47,712 nucleotides of DNA, taken from positions 1-47,712 of the forward strand of contig JBBRXO010000009.1 of NCBI GenBank assembly GCA_038248345.1, read 5' to 3'. A program made the position numbers and the translations under genes. Source of the stretch: Armatimonadota bacterium. GTDB lineage: Bacteria; Armatimonadota; Hebobacteria; CAIYQO01. How positions within the stretch are numbered: position 1 is the stretch's first letter; the number at the start of each line of letters is the position of its first letter. Under the pieces are notes generated by a model. It had not been told where the DNA came from and did not search any database. It saw only the letters and a list, made by a program, of their open reading frames with translations. Below, piece by piece: positions 1 through 10,294 of the stretch.

Positions 1-2771
1 ACCGATATCGGGTAATTCTGCTCTGCTGATACTACCTGGTTTTCGGTTCCTCGCTCCTGCGCAATTACGTACACATAATAGTTTAACGCCTCGGTCGGTG
101 TCCAACTAAAATCTTTCAGTGCGGTAAAGCCTTCTGATAGAGTTTTGTCAACCCAAAGTTGCGTTGCAGTATTATAATACCGCGCATGGAACTCGTAGTC
201 AAGAGTCGGAGAACCACTAGTAGTCGGGTTTGCGGTGAGGGCGATCGTCGTGCCGGCAACTAGTGGAGCTGTCTTGTTTGCGGTGATCGTGACGGCCGTC
301 AGCTCTGGAGCTGTGATTGCCAATGCGTCAGCTAATGTGCAGCTCCCTCCATCGGCGTTAGTAACTGTTACATCGTATCGACCAGTAGCGACCCCCGAAA
401 TATTCACTGTGCAGGTTATTTTCGTACCGCCGGTTACTACTACATCTGTTGCCGGAATAGCCCCGACAAGGACGGTCGGTGTCCCGATGAAGTTAGCGCC
501 ATTTATCGTTAATAAACAATCCGTTTGATTATTGGTCACACTGGCAGGAGAAATTGTCGATATAGCAGGCGGTGCAGCTGCGAAAATGTGTAAATTTACG
601 TTGTCCAAGCTGGCGAGATCCGTACCTGGGTTTGTAACAATTACCTGGTAATCACCTGCAGGAGTATTGGCCGTAAGATCGAGGGTGATCTTTAAACGAT
701 TCTGTCCCAAGTTGATTACATTATTGGCTGGTACTGGGATAACCAATGCTCCCTTGACGCCTTTTACGGTCGCGTTGCTTGCGAAGCCATATCCTAATAT
801 TTCACTGGAGACAGATTGGCCTGCGACACCTGTTGTAGTGGTAACCCATACAACGTGGGGGCGTGCAGATGTAAGAATAATTCCACCCGGTAGCGCTACC
901 CCACGACCAGCTCGAACGACATAGACGTCCCAGTTGCCTGGATTATTCATGGTGAAATAAAAATCGCAGGTTATACTGGTGGAACTGTTGACGGTAATAA
1001 AGGAGCCGGTGATTGTGGGCTGGTCTGCCTGGCGCAATTCTACCCAGTCGCCCTGCTGGAAGCATTCACCGCTGAGTTCGATGCCACGCGCTCCCCCGGC
1101 GTTATCACAAGTAATGTTGGCTCCAGGTACTCTGACACTGGCCTTATTTATTCCAGTGACACTGAAGTCTAAAATTGTAGCACCCTGCGTTCCTGACGTA
1201 ATTGTGGTGGGTGCAGTGCTGGCAGCTGTGAGAGTAGGTAAGCCAGCAATGGTATCGGAGTAGGTAAAGGTTACCGCGCTGGTACCGTTTGCAATCAGGA
1301 TTGGGCTGGCTGGGGTGAATGTACCGCCAATTGAGCTGGATGCCAAGGTCACTGTGCGGGTTGCATCAGAAGTGCAAGCATTACCATATTGGTCCTGCCG
1401 TTGTACGGTGATTGGTGCAGTTGAACTCCCTGCACCTACTGTCATCGGCGTAGAGGTGAATGCCAATTTTGTCGCTAAACCGGAGCTGATAGTAATACTG
1501 TAGTCTCTGGTGAGAGTCGATAAGCCATCAGACGCTGTTACGGTTATTGTTTCATTTCCAGAGGTTTGACCGTTGGTGATGGTCATGGTTCTGGGTGAGC
1601 CAGTTGCACTGATTGAGACTGGCAATTCCAAGGTTCCATCTTTTTTGGATGCGGTGAGGATCATGGAATCGAGGTTTGCTTCCGGGTTAGTGATGTCTAT
1701 CGAAACAGCTGTTGATGTAGAGTCTACGGTGGAAGAATAGTTGTAGTCGATAGACGTCATCGTCATCGGCTCATAGTCCCAGGTGAATATATCGGAGTTT
1801 GCCCCCGAAGTTTTCGTCGCTAATTGCGCTGTAGAGACTAATCCGATACGTGGTCCGGTAGTGGAGACAGTTAATTCTGTCGCTACTGTATTTAAGACAG
1901 TCCGCACTTTGGTGCCATCTGTTTTATACAGGTAGGTATTGCCCTTAGTGTTATCGGCAGAAGTGCTGGCACAGGAAAGCAGTGCTCCATCTGCAGATAA
2001 TGCCACCGGCGCATTCCCGTCTAAGGTGCGCACAAGAGCGCCCGAACTTAGAGTATACAGTGAAACAGCATCTGCTGCTGTTTGTATCGCTAGGTAATCG
2101 GCGCTTATTGCAGGCTTGTTTGTGGCGAAATTGGCTGTAGCTCCGGCGGCGGCCTTTGAATAGAGTGCGGTAGTCGTGTTGGTGGCGCTATAGACATAGA
2201 CGGTATTGCTCTTCTGAAAAGCAAGATAGCTTCCATTTGTGTCACAAGCAATATACGAGGAGACTCCGGTGGTAATCTGTGTGTTGGCGCTATTGTAGGC
2301 ATTATTTGAACTATTGATGTACGCCACAACGGTTCCATCATATTTGACCGCTGGATAATTTGTGCCTAGAGTAGGCAATCCGGCAATCGGTGCTGGGATG
2401 GAATCCCCGAACTTGAAGTTGTATAAGCCGATGCTACCAGCTTTGGAGCCATAAAACGCTATCCAGATATCATCGGGTACTCCTTTGGTGAAGAAGGTTG
2501 GGACGTTACTGATTAACAGGCCTGAACTGGCAGTTCTGCTGGAGAAAGGAACGACTCCATCAGCGGCATAGGAAACCAGCCACTTCGAGCCATTATAAAC
2601 CTCGTACGCTTGATGCTGACCATCAACGTTCATCGCGAGATTGCGGCAGTTGTTGGTGTTGCCTGAAGTTACCCAGTTGATGGTACCCGCCATGCATGCG
2701 CTGGCCAGGGATACCAAGGCTACTACCTGAATGGTAAAACAAGCTGCTGTAGACCAGAAATTTGTTCTCAT
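1..2771 (-). CDS. Large secreted Thr/Ser/Ala-rich surface protein with Ig-like/IPT-TIG repeats; 3' end lies beyond the window
   Basis: Manual translation of the minus strand from ATG at 2771 (GGAGGA SD upstream) gave no stop to the window edge (>920 aa). N-terminus MRTNFWSTAACFTIQVVALVSLASACMAG is signal-peptide-like. Later segments such as PPAISTISPASV...LTINGANF...GRYDVTVTNADG and ITVQRQDQYGN resemble IPT/Big domains. Absent from the ORF track because it has no stop. Confidence 0.85.
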   Translation of the reverse strand, partial: MRTNFWSTAACFTIQVVALVSLASACMAGTINWVTSGNTNNCRNLAMNVDGQHQAYEVYNGSKWLVSYAADGVVPFSSRTASSGLLISNVPTFFTKGVPDDIWIAFYGSKAGSIGLYNFKFGDSIPAPIAGLPTLGTNYPAVKYDGTVVAYINSSNNAYNSANTQITTGVSSYIACDTNGSYLAFQKSNTVYVYSATNTTTALYSKAAAGATANFATNKPAISADYLAIQTAADAVSLYTLSSGALVRTLDGNAPVALSADGALLSCASTSADNTKGNTYLYKTDGTKVRTVLNTVATELTVSTTGPRIGLVSTAQLATKTSGANSDIFTWDYEPMTMTSIDYNYSSTVDSTSTAVSIDITNPEANLDSMILTASKKDGTLELPVSISATGSPRTMTITNGQTSGNETITVTASDGLSTLTRDYSITISSGLATKLAFTSTPMTVGAGSSTAPITVQRQDQYGNACTSDATRTVTLASSSIGGTFTPASPILIANGTSAVTFTYSDTIAGLPTLTAASTAPTTITSGTQGATILDFSVTGINKASVRVPGANITCDNAGGARGIELSGECFQQGDWVELRQADQPTITGSFITVNSSTSITCDFYFTMNNPGNWDVYVVRAGRGVALPGGIILTSARPHVVWVTTTTGVAGQSVSSEILGYGFASNATVKGVKGALVIPVPANNVINLGQNRLKITLDLTANTPAGDYQVIVTNPGTDLASLDNVNLHIFAAAPPAISTISPASVTNNQTDCLLTINGANFIGTPTVLVGAIPATDVVVTGGTKITCTVNISGVATGRYDVTVTNADGGSCTLADALAITAPELTAVTITANKTAPLVAGTTIALTANPTTSGSPTLDYEFHARYYNTATQLWVDKTLSEGFTALKDFSWTPTEALNYYVYVIAQERGTENQVVSAEQNYPIS

Positions 2772-2866
2772 GTCATCCTCCATCGTGATACATCTCGTTG
2801 AAACAACATCATTATTGAGGTTGTTATTGATCGATCATTCTCATGCGCTCAGGTGGACCAGGTATC

Positions 2867-4096
2867 CTATATGGCATACTTGGTTTTAAACTTATTGTAC
2901 ATGGTGGATAGCTCTGATGCAGATAACACTCGGTTATAGATCATAAGCTCCGCGATTTCCATAGTAGCAGGATACTGATAGACGTTTGGCCAGTTAATTG
3001 GATCGTTACCGAGGCATAGAGGGAATATGCCGCTTTGGGTAGATTTGCTAGCAAGCGTGAAGCCGGTAAGGTAATCATCGGCATTGTATTTTACCCCGAT
3101 GTCATACCCTTTGCCATTGTCTTTCAGAGTAATACTCACCATATGGTTATTTACGCTCTGGTCAGGGAATGAACCCTCGTTGGGCGAGCCTGATACCTTT
3201 GACATTAATTCACCACCACGTAGTACGAAATCTGGGGCTGAGAGGACAGAAGCATAACTATCAGCACCCATGTCGCGAACCATGATGATAGTCATATCGC
3301 CACGATTAAAGTTGTGGATCGCTTCAGTTTTACCAACGCCTGCAGTAGCTTTCAAGAAGGTGTTTGAATTACCATCAAAATGGATGGAGTTCTGACCGTT
3401 AATGCCAGTGGCGTTAAGGCTTGGAGCTTTGGCAACTTCTGGCTGGGTGAAGGTGCTGCCGGGGCCAGTTTCGCCATTATCCGGGACTGCTGCCAGCATC
3501 TCAACATGCCCATCTACGAAGCTCATACATGCCTTGTTCTCGTGCCGGTAGCTAACGTCCTCGGGCAGATAGTAACCGCTATCTAGATTGGTACCATCAG
3601 TTGAGGGCAGTGCGCGTGGTTCCCAGGCAGTTACTTTGCTGTCTTCATCGGTTTCCACTCCTGTGTCTGCGCTATACCAGGCATTTAGGCCAGTTGCCCA
3701 GTTAGGGTCAACATTTACATTATGTTTTCCGTCAATCACCATCATAGTGGAGGTCGGATTGGCAATTCGCCCCATACCTTTTTTACTCAAGTTAGCATTG
3801 TAGGCGTAACTATTGTTGACGCTGGTATTGCTTGGACAACGCAGGATTTTGGCATCAGCCGTATATTGTCGTGACCAATTTGCAGTTGCAGGGAGAGTTT
3901 CTTCATTTTCCTGCGCGAAAAGTTGCATACCTACTGTTATTTGACGGAGATTGTTCATGCACGATGTCTGCCGGGCTTTTTCCCGCGCCTTGGAGTAGAC
4001 GGGGAATAGAATTGCCGCCAATATTGTGATTACTGTGATCACAACAAGCAATTCGATTAGTGTGAAACCGTTGTTCTTTCCATTCTTACCAAGCAT
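2867..4096 (-). CDS. Prepilin-type N-terminal cleavage/methylation protein with H-X9-DG motif and C-terminal LamG/ConA-like domain
   Basis: [34 protein letters not shown] and [14 protein letters not shown]. Start chosen at ATG 4096 after AAGGGAGG. Confidence 0.88.
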   Translation of the reverse strand: MLGKNGKNNGFTLIELLVVITVITILAAILFPVYSKAREKARQTSCMNNLRQITVGMQLFAQENEETLPATANWSRQYTADAKILRCPSNTSVNNSYAYNANLSKKGMGRIANPTSTMMVIDGKHNVNVDPNWATGLNAWYSADTGVETDEDSKVTAWEPRALPSTDGTNLDSGYYLPEDVSYRHENKACMSFVDGHVEMLAAVPDNGETGPGSTFTQPEVAKAPSLNATGINGQNSIHFDGNSNTFLKATAGVGKTEAIHNFNRGDMTIIMVRDMGADSYASVLSAPDFVLRGGELMSKVSGSPNEGSFPDQSVNNHMVSITLKDNGKGYDIGVKYNADDYLTGFTLASKSTQSGIFPLCLGNDPINWPNVYQYPATMEIAELMIYNRVLSASELSTMYNKFKTKYAI

Positions 4097-4220
4097 TGTA
4101 TGCCTCCCTTTTACCATTTATCAGCTATCTGCTGATGTCTTCAGTTATGTATTCCATGAACAGGAATAAATTCACCAAAGAGAAGGAAGACAAAGCAACA
4201 TTTTTTTAATCACATTTTAA

Positions 4221-5453
4221 TCAGGGGACGTAGCCATTCTGGTTTAGCATGGTATAAACCGTCGCCATCTCTGCATTAGTCAGGGCTTTTTTGTAGAAAA
4301 GTAATTGCGATAGTTGCATGGAAACTGGGGCAGGAGCGGCAGGCCAGTTGTTCAGGTCGGAGCCAATATATAACGGCGCAATTCCACTGATCGTCCCACG
4401 TTCTGCTAATGGTTTGGTGAGATTGGTGAAAGTGGAATTGGCGGCGTAGGTGGTTACCAGATTCCAGGATGAACCGTTGTTTTGAACAGCTACAGCGAGG
4501 AAGGTAGGTGTAGTTGGCGCTGCGCCGAAGGTTACCGCGGCTTGATCAGGCGGGTTCGGTCCGTATTTTACATGGAACACGTCCGTGCGCAGGACCATAC
4601 CGGGTGCGGAAAGAAAGGTGGACATACTGCTATCTACCATATCACGAACCTGCACGATAGTAAACTCGTCACGGTTAAAGTCAATGCCCACTCCTTGTGG
4701 TAATGTGAGATAGGAAGTGGGGATATTGGCGAACAGGAGACTGCTCCTCCCCATAATCCCGTTGGATAATAGTGTGGGTGCCAAGCTAGGGTCATTTTGT
4801 ATTTGCGGGGTGCCCACCCCCGGGTCATCGTCCGGAGGTGGAGCGACTAGTAACTCGGTGTGTCCATCAACAAAACTGAAAATCGCCTTACCGTTATGGC
4901 GTAAGTTGATATCTGTTGCTGTGTAATACCCGTATGCGAGATCGGAGCCATCATATTTCGGCAGGGTGCGCGGGAGCCATTGCGATACCTTGCCATTGTT
5001 ATCAGCTGTTACACCGGTGTCGGCGCTGTACCATGCAGTGAGGCCATTAACCCAACTTGGGCCTAGATTTCCGGGGATATGTTCACCGTCAGCTGTCAGG
5101 ACAGTACTAGAAGGATTGCTGATACTGGCCATACAGGTATTGCTTAGCTTTACGTTATAAGTATAACTGGTGGCATTATTCGAGACATTGGGGCATTGGA
5201 GGATTTTTCTGTCGGTAAAGAACACCCATCTCCAATTGGTAGTGCCAGGGAAGACTTCATCGTTTTCCTGGGCATTCATCAATATGCTAATGGCGATTTG
5301 TCGTTGATTTGATGTACAGCTAACCTGACGGGCTTTCTCGCGAGCCTTGGAGAACACAGGGAAGAGGATGGCGGCCAATATCGTGATTATCGCAATTACA
5401 ACTAGCAGCTCTATCAAGGTAAACCCAGCTCTGACTCTATTGAGATGCGTCAT
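4221..5453 (-). CDS. Prepilin-type N-terminal cleavage/methylation protein with H-X9-DG motif and LamG/ConA-like domain (paralog of the neighbouring gene)
   Basis: [48 protein letters not shown], and AWYSADTGV shared with the neighbour. Confidence 0.88.
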   Translation of the reverse strand: MTHLNRVRAGFTLIELLVVIAIITILAAILFPVFSKAREKARQVSCTSNQRQIAISILMNAQENDEVFPGTTNWRWVFFTDRKILQCPNVSNNATSYTYNVKLSNTCMASISNPSSTVLTADGEHIPGNLGPSWVNGLTAWYSADTGVTADNNGKVSQWLPRTLPKYDGSDLAYGYYTATDINLRHNGKAIFSFVDGHTELLVAPPPDDDPGVGTPQIQNDPSLAPTLLSNGIMGRSSLLFANIPTSYLTLPQGVGIDFNRDEFTIVQVRDMVDSSMSTFLSAPGMVLRTDVFHVKYGPNPPDQAAVTFGAAPTTPTFLAVAVQNNGSSWNLVTTYAANSTFTNLTKPLAERGTISGIAPLYIGSDLNNWPAAPAPVSMQLSQLLFYKKALTNAEMATVYTMLNQNGYVP

Positions 5454-5616
5454 AAACCATTCCTTAAACTAACGAAAATTTGAGCGTATGGGAGAGCTGA
5501 GTAGATATTACCATATAATGATGATCTGGGACACAGATATCGGGTATTGCCAGGTTAAAAATCGTTTCAAAAATACTCAAAGGATTTTTGGAGGCACCGG
5601 GGATTGCACGAGTAAG

Positions 5617-6486
5617 TTACCGCACCGGCGGGGCCACACCTTTGGGTAGCAAGGCGATGTTGTCGATTAATCGCGTTTTACCGATTTGTACAGCAAGCAG
5701 TAAGCGTGATTCCTGGGTTATCATGCGAACAGGGGTCAGCTCTTCGGCATCTACGATTTCCGCATAGTCTAATTTCGCCATCGGTTGGGTGGCCACCAGG
5801 CGATAGATTTCCGCCTGCACAATGGAAGGGTTCTGCTCACCATTCTCCACCATCTCCAGGGCCAGGTGGCAGGCTCGCGGTACAATTCGCGCTGCCTGCC
5901 GCTCGGTGGGGGTGAGGTAGCTGTTGCGTGAAGAGAGCGCTACGCCATCTGCCTCGCGCACAGTGGGTATCCCGATGATACTGACAGGAATGAAGAGGTC
6001 GCGTATCAGGCGTTTGATCACCTGCAGTTGTTGATAGTCCTTCTCGCCAAAATATGCCCGATCGGGGCGGATAATGTTGAAAAGTTTGGTAACAACAGTA
6101 GCGACGCCGCGGAAGTGTCCCGGGCGTGCAGTACCACAGGCAACTTCAGTTAGTCCGTCCACGGTCACCCAGGTGCAGGCATTGCGTGGGTATAGCTCAC
6201 GTGCCTCGGGATGAAATATAAAGTCGGTGTCGGTGCGGTTGCAAAGCTCGGTATCATGGGCCAGATCGCGCGGATATTTCTCCAGATCCTCGTTGGGGCC
6301 AAATTGGGTGGGATTGACGAAGATACTGGCGATCACCAGGTCGCACTCGGCACGGGCCCGCCGTAAGAGCGCCTCGTGTCCTGCGTGCAGGTAGCCCATA
6401 GTGGGAACCAGCCCGATGCACGAGGGCAACACGCCACGTTCACGAATCTTCTGCCGTAATGCCGCGCCAGTTGTGACTATCTCCAT
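5617..6486 (-). CDS. panC: Pantoate--beta-alanine ligase
   Basis: VPTMGYLHAGH, SIFVNPTQF, RPGHFRGV, FGEKDYQQ, RLIDN motifs. Confidence 0.97.
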   Translation of the reverse strand: MEIVTTGAALRQKIRERGVLPSCIGLVPTMGYLHAGHEALLRRARAECDLVIASIFVNPTQFGPNEDLEKYPRDLAHDTELCNRTDTDFIFHPEARELYPRNACTWVTVDGLTEVACGTARPGHFRGVATVVTKLFNIIRPDRAYFGEKDYQQLQVIKRLIRDLFIPVSIIGIPTVREADGVALSSRNSYLTPTERQAARIVPRACHLALEMVENGEQNPSIVQAEIYRLVATQPMAKLDYAEIVDAEELTPVRMITQESRLLLAVQIGKTRLIDNIALLPKGVAPPVR

Positions 6487-6515
6487 GCGTCGTTACCTCT
6501 AATTGATCAGCCATG

Positions 6516-7139
6516 CTAAAATGTATGTATACTCAAAATCACCTTGCCTATGATAGAGACGTCATTGACGATGATCGGCTCCATTGTCGGATTCTCTGGT
6601 TGCAGACGGTAGTGACCTTTCTCGCGGAAGAAACGTTTGATAGTAGCTTCATCGTCAAGGAGGGCGACGACGATATCGCCGTTATTTGCATGATCCTGTT
6701 TACTCACTACAGCCATATCACCATCGAATATACCGGCGTTTATCATGGAATCTCCACGTACATGGAGCACGAAGCTGTTTTCATCACGTACCAATGAACG
6801 GGGGAGGGCAATAGAGTCTTCGACGTTTTCAATTGCGAGGATAGGGTTACCTGCAGTAACAGTGCCGAGTACCGGTAAAGAGACCATGCCGCCGTCGGCA
6901 GCGTATTTTGAGAGTGGGCGGGGCCCGCGTATTATTTCAATGGTTCGTGCTTTGGTGGGGTTTCGTTGGATGTACCCCTTGCGTTCCAGCGCCTCCAGGT
7001 GGCGTTGCACGGTGCAACTGGAGCTTAAATTAAGCCGTTCGCCCAGTTCGCGTACCGTTGGTGAATATCCGGTATCAGTAAAGATTGCACGGATGCACTC
7101 GAGCACATCATTTTGTCGCTTCGATAGTTTTTCACTCAT
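6516..7139 (-). CDS. lexA: SOS repressor LexA
   Basis: wHTH (PTVRELG...HLEALERKGYI), Ala-Gly cleavage site (VTAGNP), GDSM catalytic Ser, ATIKR Lys. ATG at 7139 follows GGAGG. Confidence 0.97.
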   Translation of the reverse strand: MSEKLSKRQNDVLECIRAIFTDTGYSPTVRELGERLNLSSSCTVQRHLEALERKGYIQRNPTKARTIEIIRGPRPLSKYAADGGMVSLPVLGTVTAGNPILAIENVEDSIALPRSLVRDENSFVLHVRGDSMINAGIFDGDMAVVSKQDHANNGDIVVALLDDEATIKRFFREKGHYRLQPENPTMEPIIVNDVSIIGKVILSIHTF

Positions 7140-7183
7140 GCTTGCCTCCAATTGAGACGTTTGACTGTGAGATTTCGCATACC

Positions 7184-7237
7184 AAACGTACGACTGCTAT
7201 AATACCATAAGCATAGTTGTTTGGCAAACGAACGTTT
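7184..7237 (-). promoter_or_regulatory. Putative lexA sigma70 promoter with candidate LexA operator(s)
   Basis: Minus strand TTGCCA (7227-7222), 17 nt, then TGn-TATTAT (7204-7199). Palindrome AAACG-aa-CGTTT at 7226-7237 overlaps the -35. A degenerate copy AAACG-ta-CGACT lies at 7184-7195. Confidence 0.55.
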
Positions 7238-7379
7238 TGGCAATCATCCCACCTTTGGTGTTAGAAAACGCTCATAGTTGTTCAATATGTGGGTTGTAGA
7301 CTGATGATTTGGTATACTCTTCACTTTCCATGTATAATAGTTGATATTGTGGTGAGTTTTGCTACCCAGTTAGGAGTGC

Positions 7380-8633
7380 GTGTTGGTACAACTGAATGAT
7401 TTCTTACTTTCTATAGGGAAAAGGGAATACGTTCCGATAATATTAGGTGGGATGGGTGTTGATGTGTCAGTGCCAGAGTTGGCATTGGCCGTGGCCGGCC
7501 AGAATGGTATAGGACATATCACAGATGCTATGATTACCGCTACTGTCGACAAGCATTTCCACACTCATTACGTGATGGATAAACTGAATCAGTACCGTTC
7601 ACTACTTGGCGCGCATGATAATAAGCAGTCGATCCATTTTGATCTGGATGCGCTGGCAGAGGCTGTTCGGCTCTTCGTAGGAAAGACCATGGAAGCGAAG
7701 AAGGATGCCGGTGCGATCTTTATCAATGTGATGGAGAAGCTCACAATGAGTGACCCGCATGAGACTCTGCAGGTACGTATGCGCGCCGCCATGGATGCCG
7801 GGATAGATGGTATCACACTTAGTGCTGGGTTACACCTTGGTTCACTTGATCTGATTAAAGATCATCCACGTTTTCGTGATGTTAAGCTGGGCATCATTGT
7901 CTCATCAGCGCGGGCATTGAATGTATTTATGAGAAGGGCCATGCGCGTTGATCGGATGCCGGACTACATTGTCGTCGAAGGTCCGCTGGCTGGTGGGCAT
8001 CTGGGTTTCCCCCTTAATTGGAGCGATTTCTCGCTTAAAGATATCATGCAGGATGTCCTGCAGATGTTGAAGCAAAATGACAGGAATATCCCGGTGATTG
8101 CCGCCGGTGGGGTATTTACTGGTTCTGATGCTGTAGAATTAATGCAACAGGGTGCTGCCGGAGTACAGGTAGCCACGCGTTTTGCTGTAACCAAGGAAAG
8201 CGGATTGCCTGACAAAGTGAAGCAGGAATTTTTTAGCGCTTCCGAAGAAGATGTGGTGGTGAATATGATCTCTCCCACCGGGTATCCGATGCGGATGTTG
8301 CGCAATTCTCCAGCTATTGGCAGTGGGCCCACACCCCAGTGCGAGGCATTCGGTTATATGCTGGACGGTGGAGGCAAATGTTCGTACCTTGACGCCTACA
8401 TTCATGAATCTGAGACGGGGGAACGCCCGGTACATGTGGATGAGGTAACCTGCCTGTGTACACAGATGAATGCATATAAAATATGGACCTGCGGTCATAA
8501 TGTGTATCGTCTCAAGGATACTACAAATAAATTGCCCGACGGCAGTTATCAGCTACCCACAGCCGCGCAGGTTTTTGCTGATTATCAATTCAGTACCGAC
8601 GGTAAAGTAGCGCTACCGCCCCGGGAAGTATGA
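7380..8633 (+). CDS. Nitronate monooxygenase / 2-nitropropane dioxygenase family flavoprotein
   Basis: PIILGGMGV, VVEGPLAGGHLG, IPVIAAGGV, GVQVATRF. Confidence 0.85.
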   Translation: MLVQLNDFLLSIGKREYVPIILGGMGVDVSVPELALAVAGQNGIGHITDAMITATVDKHFHTHYVMDKLNQYRSLLGAHDNKQSIHFDLDALAEAVRLFVGKTMEAKKDAGAIFINVMEKLTMSDPHETLQVRMRAAMDAGIDGITLSAGLHLGSLDLIKDHPRFRDVKLGIIVSSARALNVFMRRAMRVDRMPDYIVVEGPLAGGHLGFPLNWSDFSLKDIMQDVLQMLKQNDRNIPVIAAGGVFTGSDAVELMQQGAAGVQVATRFAVTKESGLPDKVKQEFFSASEEDVVVNMISPTGYPMRMLRNSPAIGSGPTPQCEAFGYMLDGGGKCSYLDAYIHESETGERPVHVDEVTCLCTQMNAYKIWTCGHNVYRLKDTTNKLPDGSYQLPTAAQVFADYQFSTDGKVALPPREV

Positions 8634-8688
8634 TGTGTGCTAGGGAAAGAAAATGTTACAATAATGCTCCAGGAGAGGGCTTAGTGTA

Positions 8689-10287
8689 ATGATTAATCGG
8701 CGTATTTGCGGATTTCTACTGGCAGTACTTATATCGTTTACCGGTACTACAGTAGTAGCCGAACCGGATCCGTGGGATGATTGGAAGATCGGTATTTCTG
8801 CGGAGCAAACACAACCTGCCGTAGCGGAGCAGGGTTTTCGCCGCGCCGCGGTAGCGTTTGAGCTGGCGAACGATTGGATTGATGCAGCTTACGCCTGGCA
8901 GAGAGTTTTTCACCTCAATGATAGCATGGGTCGCCTGACTGAAGCTGGGGAAAATTATCAACGTGAGGCATATTGCTACAGTAAAGCTGGCAATGCTGAC
9001 TGGGCCTGGCCAGATACTTTGCGAGGCGAGACGCTGAAGTCGGTGGCACGGGTATATTATCGCTCCAGTACTCCAGAACCGCCTGCATTAACTCCGAATC
9101 TGGCTAAATATGAACCTAATTCAGGGATTTACCTGGGTATGTATCAGGAATGCGGTGTAGCGGTTGATGATTATCAACGGGTTAAAGCTATTTATGGTCG
9201 TCCTCACGCATTATTCCTTAGCTATGGTCACTTCTACAGTCCCGGTAAAATTCTTATCGCAGATGATACAATTGCTAGAATCAAGCGCATGCCGGGGGCA
9301 GGGCTGGTATTAGGGTTAGAACCGAATGGTGGCCTCGCCAATATGAACGAAGCGGATGTGATAAGCGCTGCGCAGACACTAGCTAAAGCGAATATCCCGG
9401 TGTTTCTTCGTTTCGCCAGCGAGATGAATATGTCAGGCACTAATCAATGGCATGGAGACCCGGAATTGTATGTAACCTGGTTTCGCAAGGTGACCATCAT
9501 CATGCGCCGCGAAGCTCCCAATGTTGTGATGGTTTGGAATCCGTTCGATATAGTTCAACCAGAAGGTGTAAAGGCAGATGCGCTCAAATATTACCCCGGT
9601 GACGATTACGTAGACTGGGTAGGAGTCAATTTTTACAACGATTATTACTACAATGGGAAAATGAGTGAGCCGGGGGAGGGAATCGATCCGCTGCAACGGC
9701 TGGATTACTGGTATCGCATATTCGCTACACGCAAACCAATTATGATCGGCGAGTGCGGTATTTCGCATCGGGCGTTGGTTCCTGTCGGCAAGGATGTTTC
9801 CCATTGGGCGGAGATGAATGTTCGCCGTTTGTTTACCCTGCTACCGATCATGTATCCACGAGTAAAAGCGTACATTTATTTCGATTTGGATCAGAGTCAG
9901 ATTAAAAATGACTTGAAGATTACCAACGATTACCGTTTAAGTGGCAATGATGAATTATGTGGAGCATATGGATCGTCAACTGCAGCCCCCCACTATCTGG
10001 AGCAGATCGGCCAGAGTTCTACCGTACCGCTCTACAAAGAGGTCGTGACTGGTACGAAATTATGGGGTAAAACCAAATTGAGTTGCTACGCCAAATGTTA
10101 CGACCCCTTCATTGGTCGGGTGGATTACTACCTCAATGATACGTTGATCGGCACCGCCAAACATGTGCCCTATACTATTGATTATGATTTTACATCTGAA
10201 ACTGTCCCGACACAATTGACTGTTAAAATCTATGATAGTAATAATCTATTCGCATATTCACGCGCAGTTAGCATTGATACGAGATAA
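8689..10287 (+). CDS. Secreted glycoside hydrolase family 26-like protein with N-terminal helical/TPR-like region and C-terminal Ig-like domain
   Basis: Signal peptide; LRFASEMN, YYPGDDYVDWVG, KPIMIGECG; C-terminal RVDYYLNDTLIG...PY. Confidence 0.75.
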   Translation: MINRRICGFLLAVLISFTGTTVVAEPDPWDDWKIGISAEQTQPAVAEQGFRRAAVAFELANDWIDAAYAWQRVFHLNDSMGRLTEAGENYQREAYCYSKAGNADWAWPDTLRGETLKSVARVYYRSSTPEPPALTPNLAKYEPNSGIYLGMYQECGVAVDDYQRVKAIYGRPHALFLSYGHFYSPGKILIADDTIARIKRMPGAGLVLGLEPNGGLANMNEADVISAAQTLAKANIPVFLRFASEMNMSGTNQWHGDPELYVTWFRKVTIIMRREAPNVVMVWNPFDIVQPEGVKADALKYYPGDDYVDWVGVNFYNDYYYNGKMSEPGEGIDPLQRLDYWYRIFATRKPIMIGECGISHRALVPVGKDVSHWAEMNVRRLFTLLPIMYPRVKAYIYFDLDQSQIKNDLKITNDYRLSGNDELCGAYGSSTAAPHYLEQIGQSSTVPLYKEVVTGTKLWGKTKLSCYAKCYDPFIGRVDYYLNDTLIGTAKHVPYTIDYDFTSETVPTQLTVKIYDSNNLFAYSRAVSIDTR

Positions 10288-10294
10288 TGGACGT

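Noticed and set aside
235..2341. Short ORFs listed in the track for this region
   Set aside because: They are antisense or out-of-frame shadows of the long minus-strand surface-protein gene.
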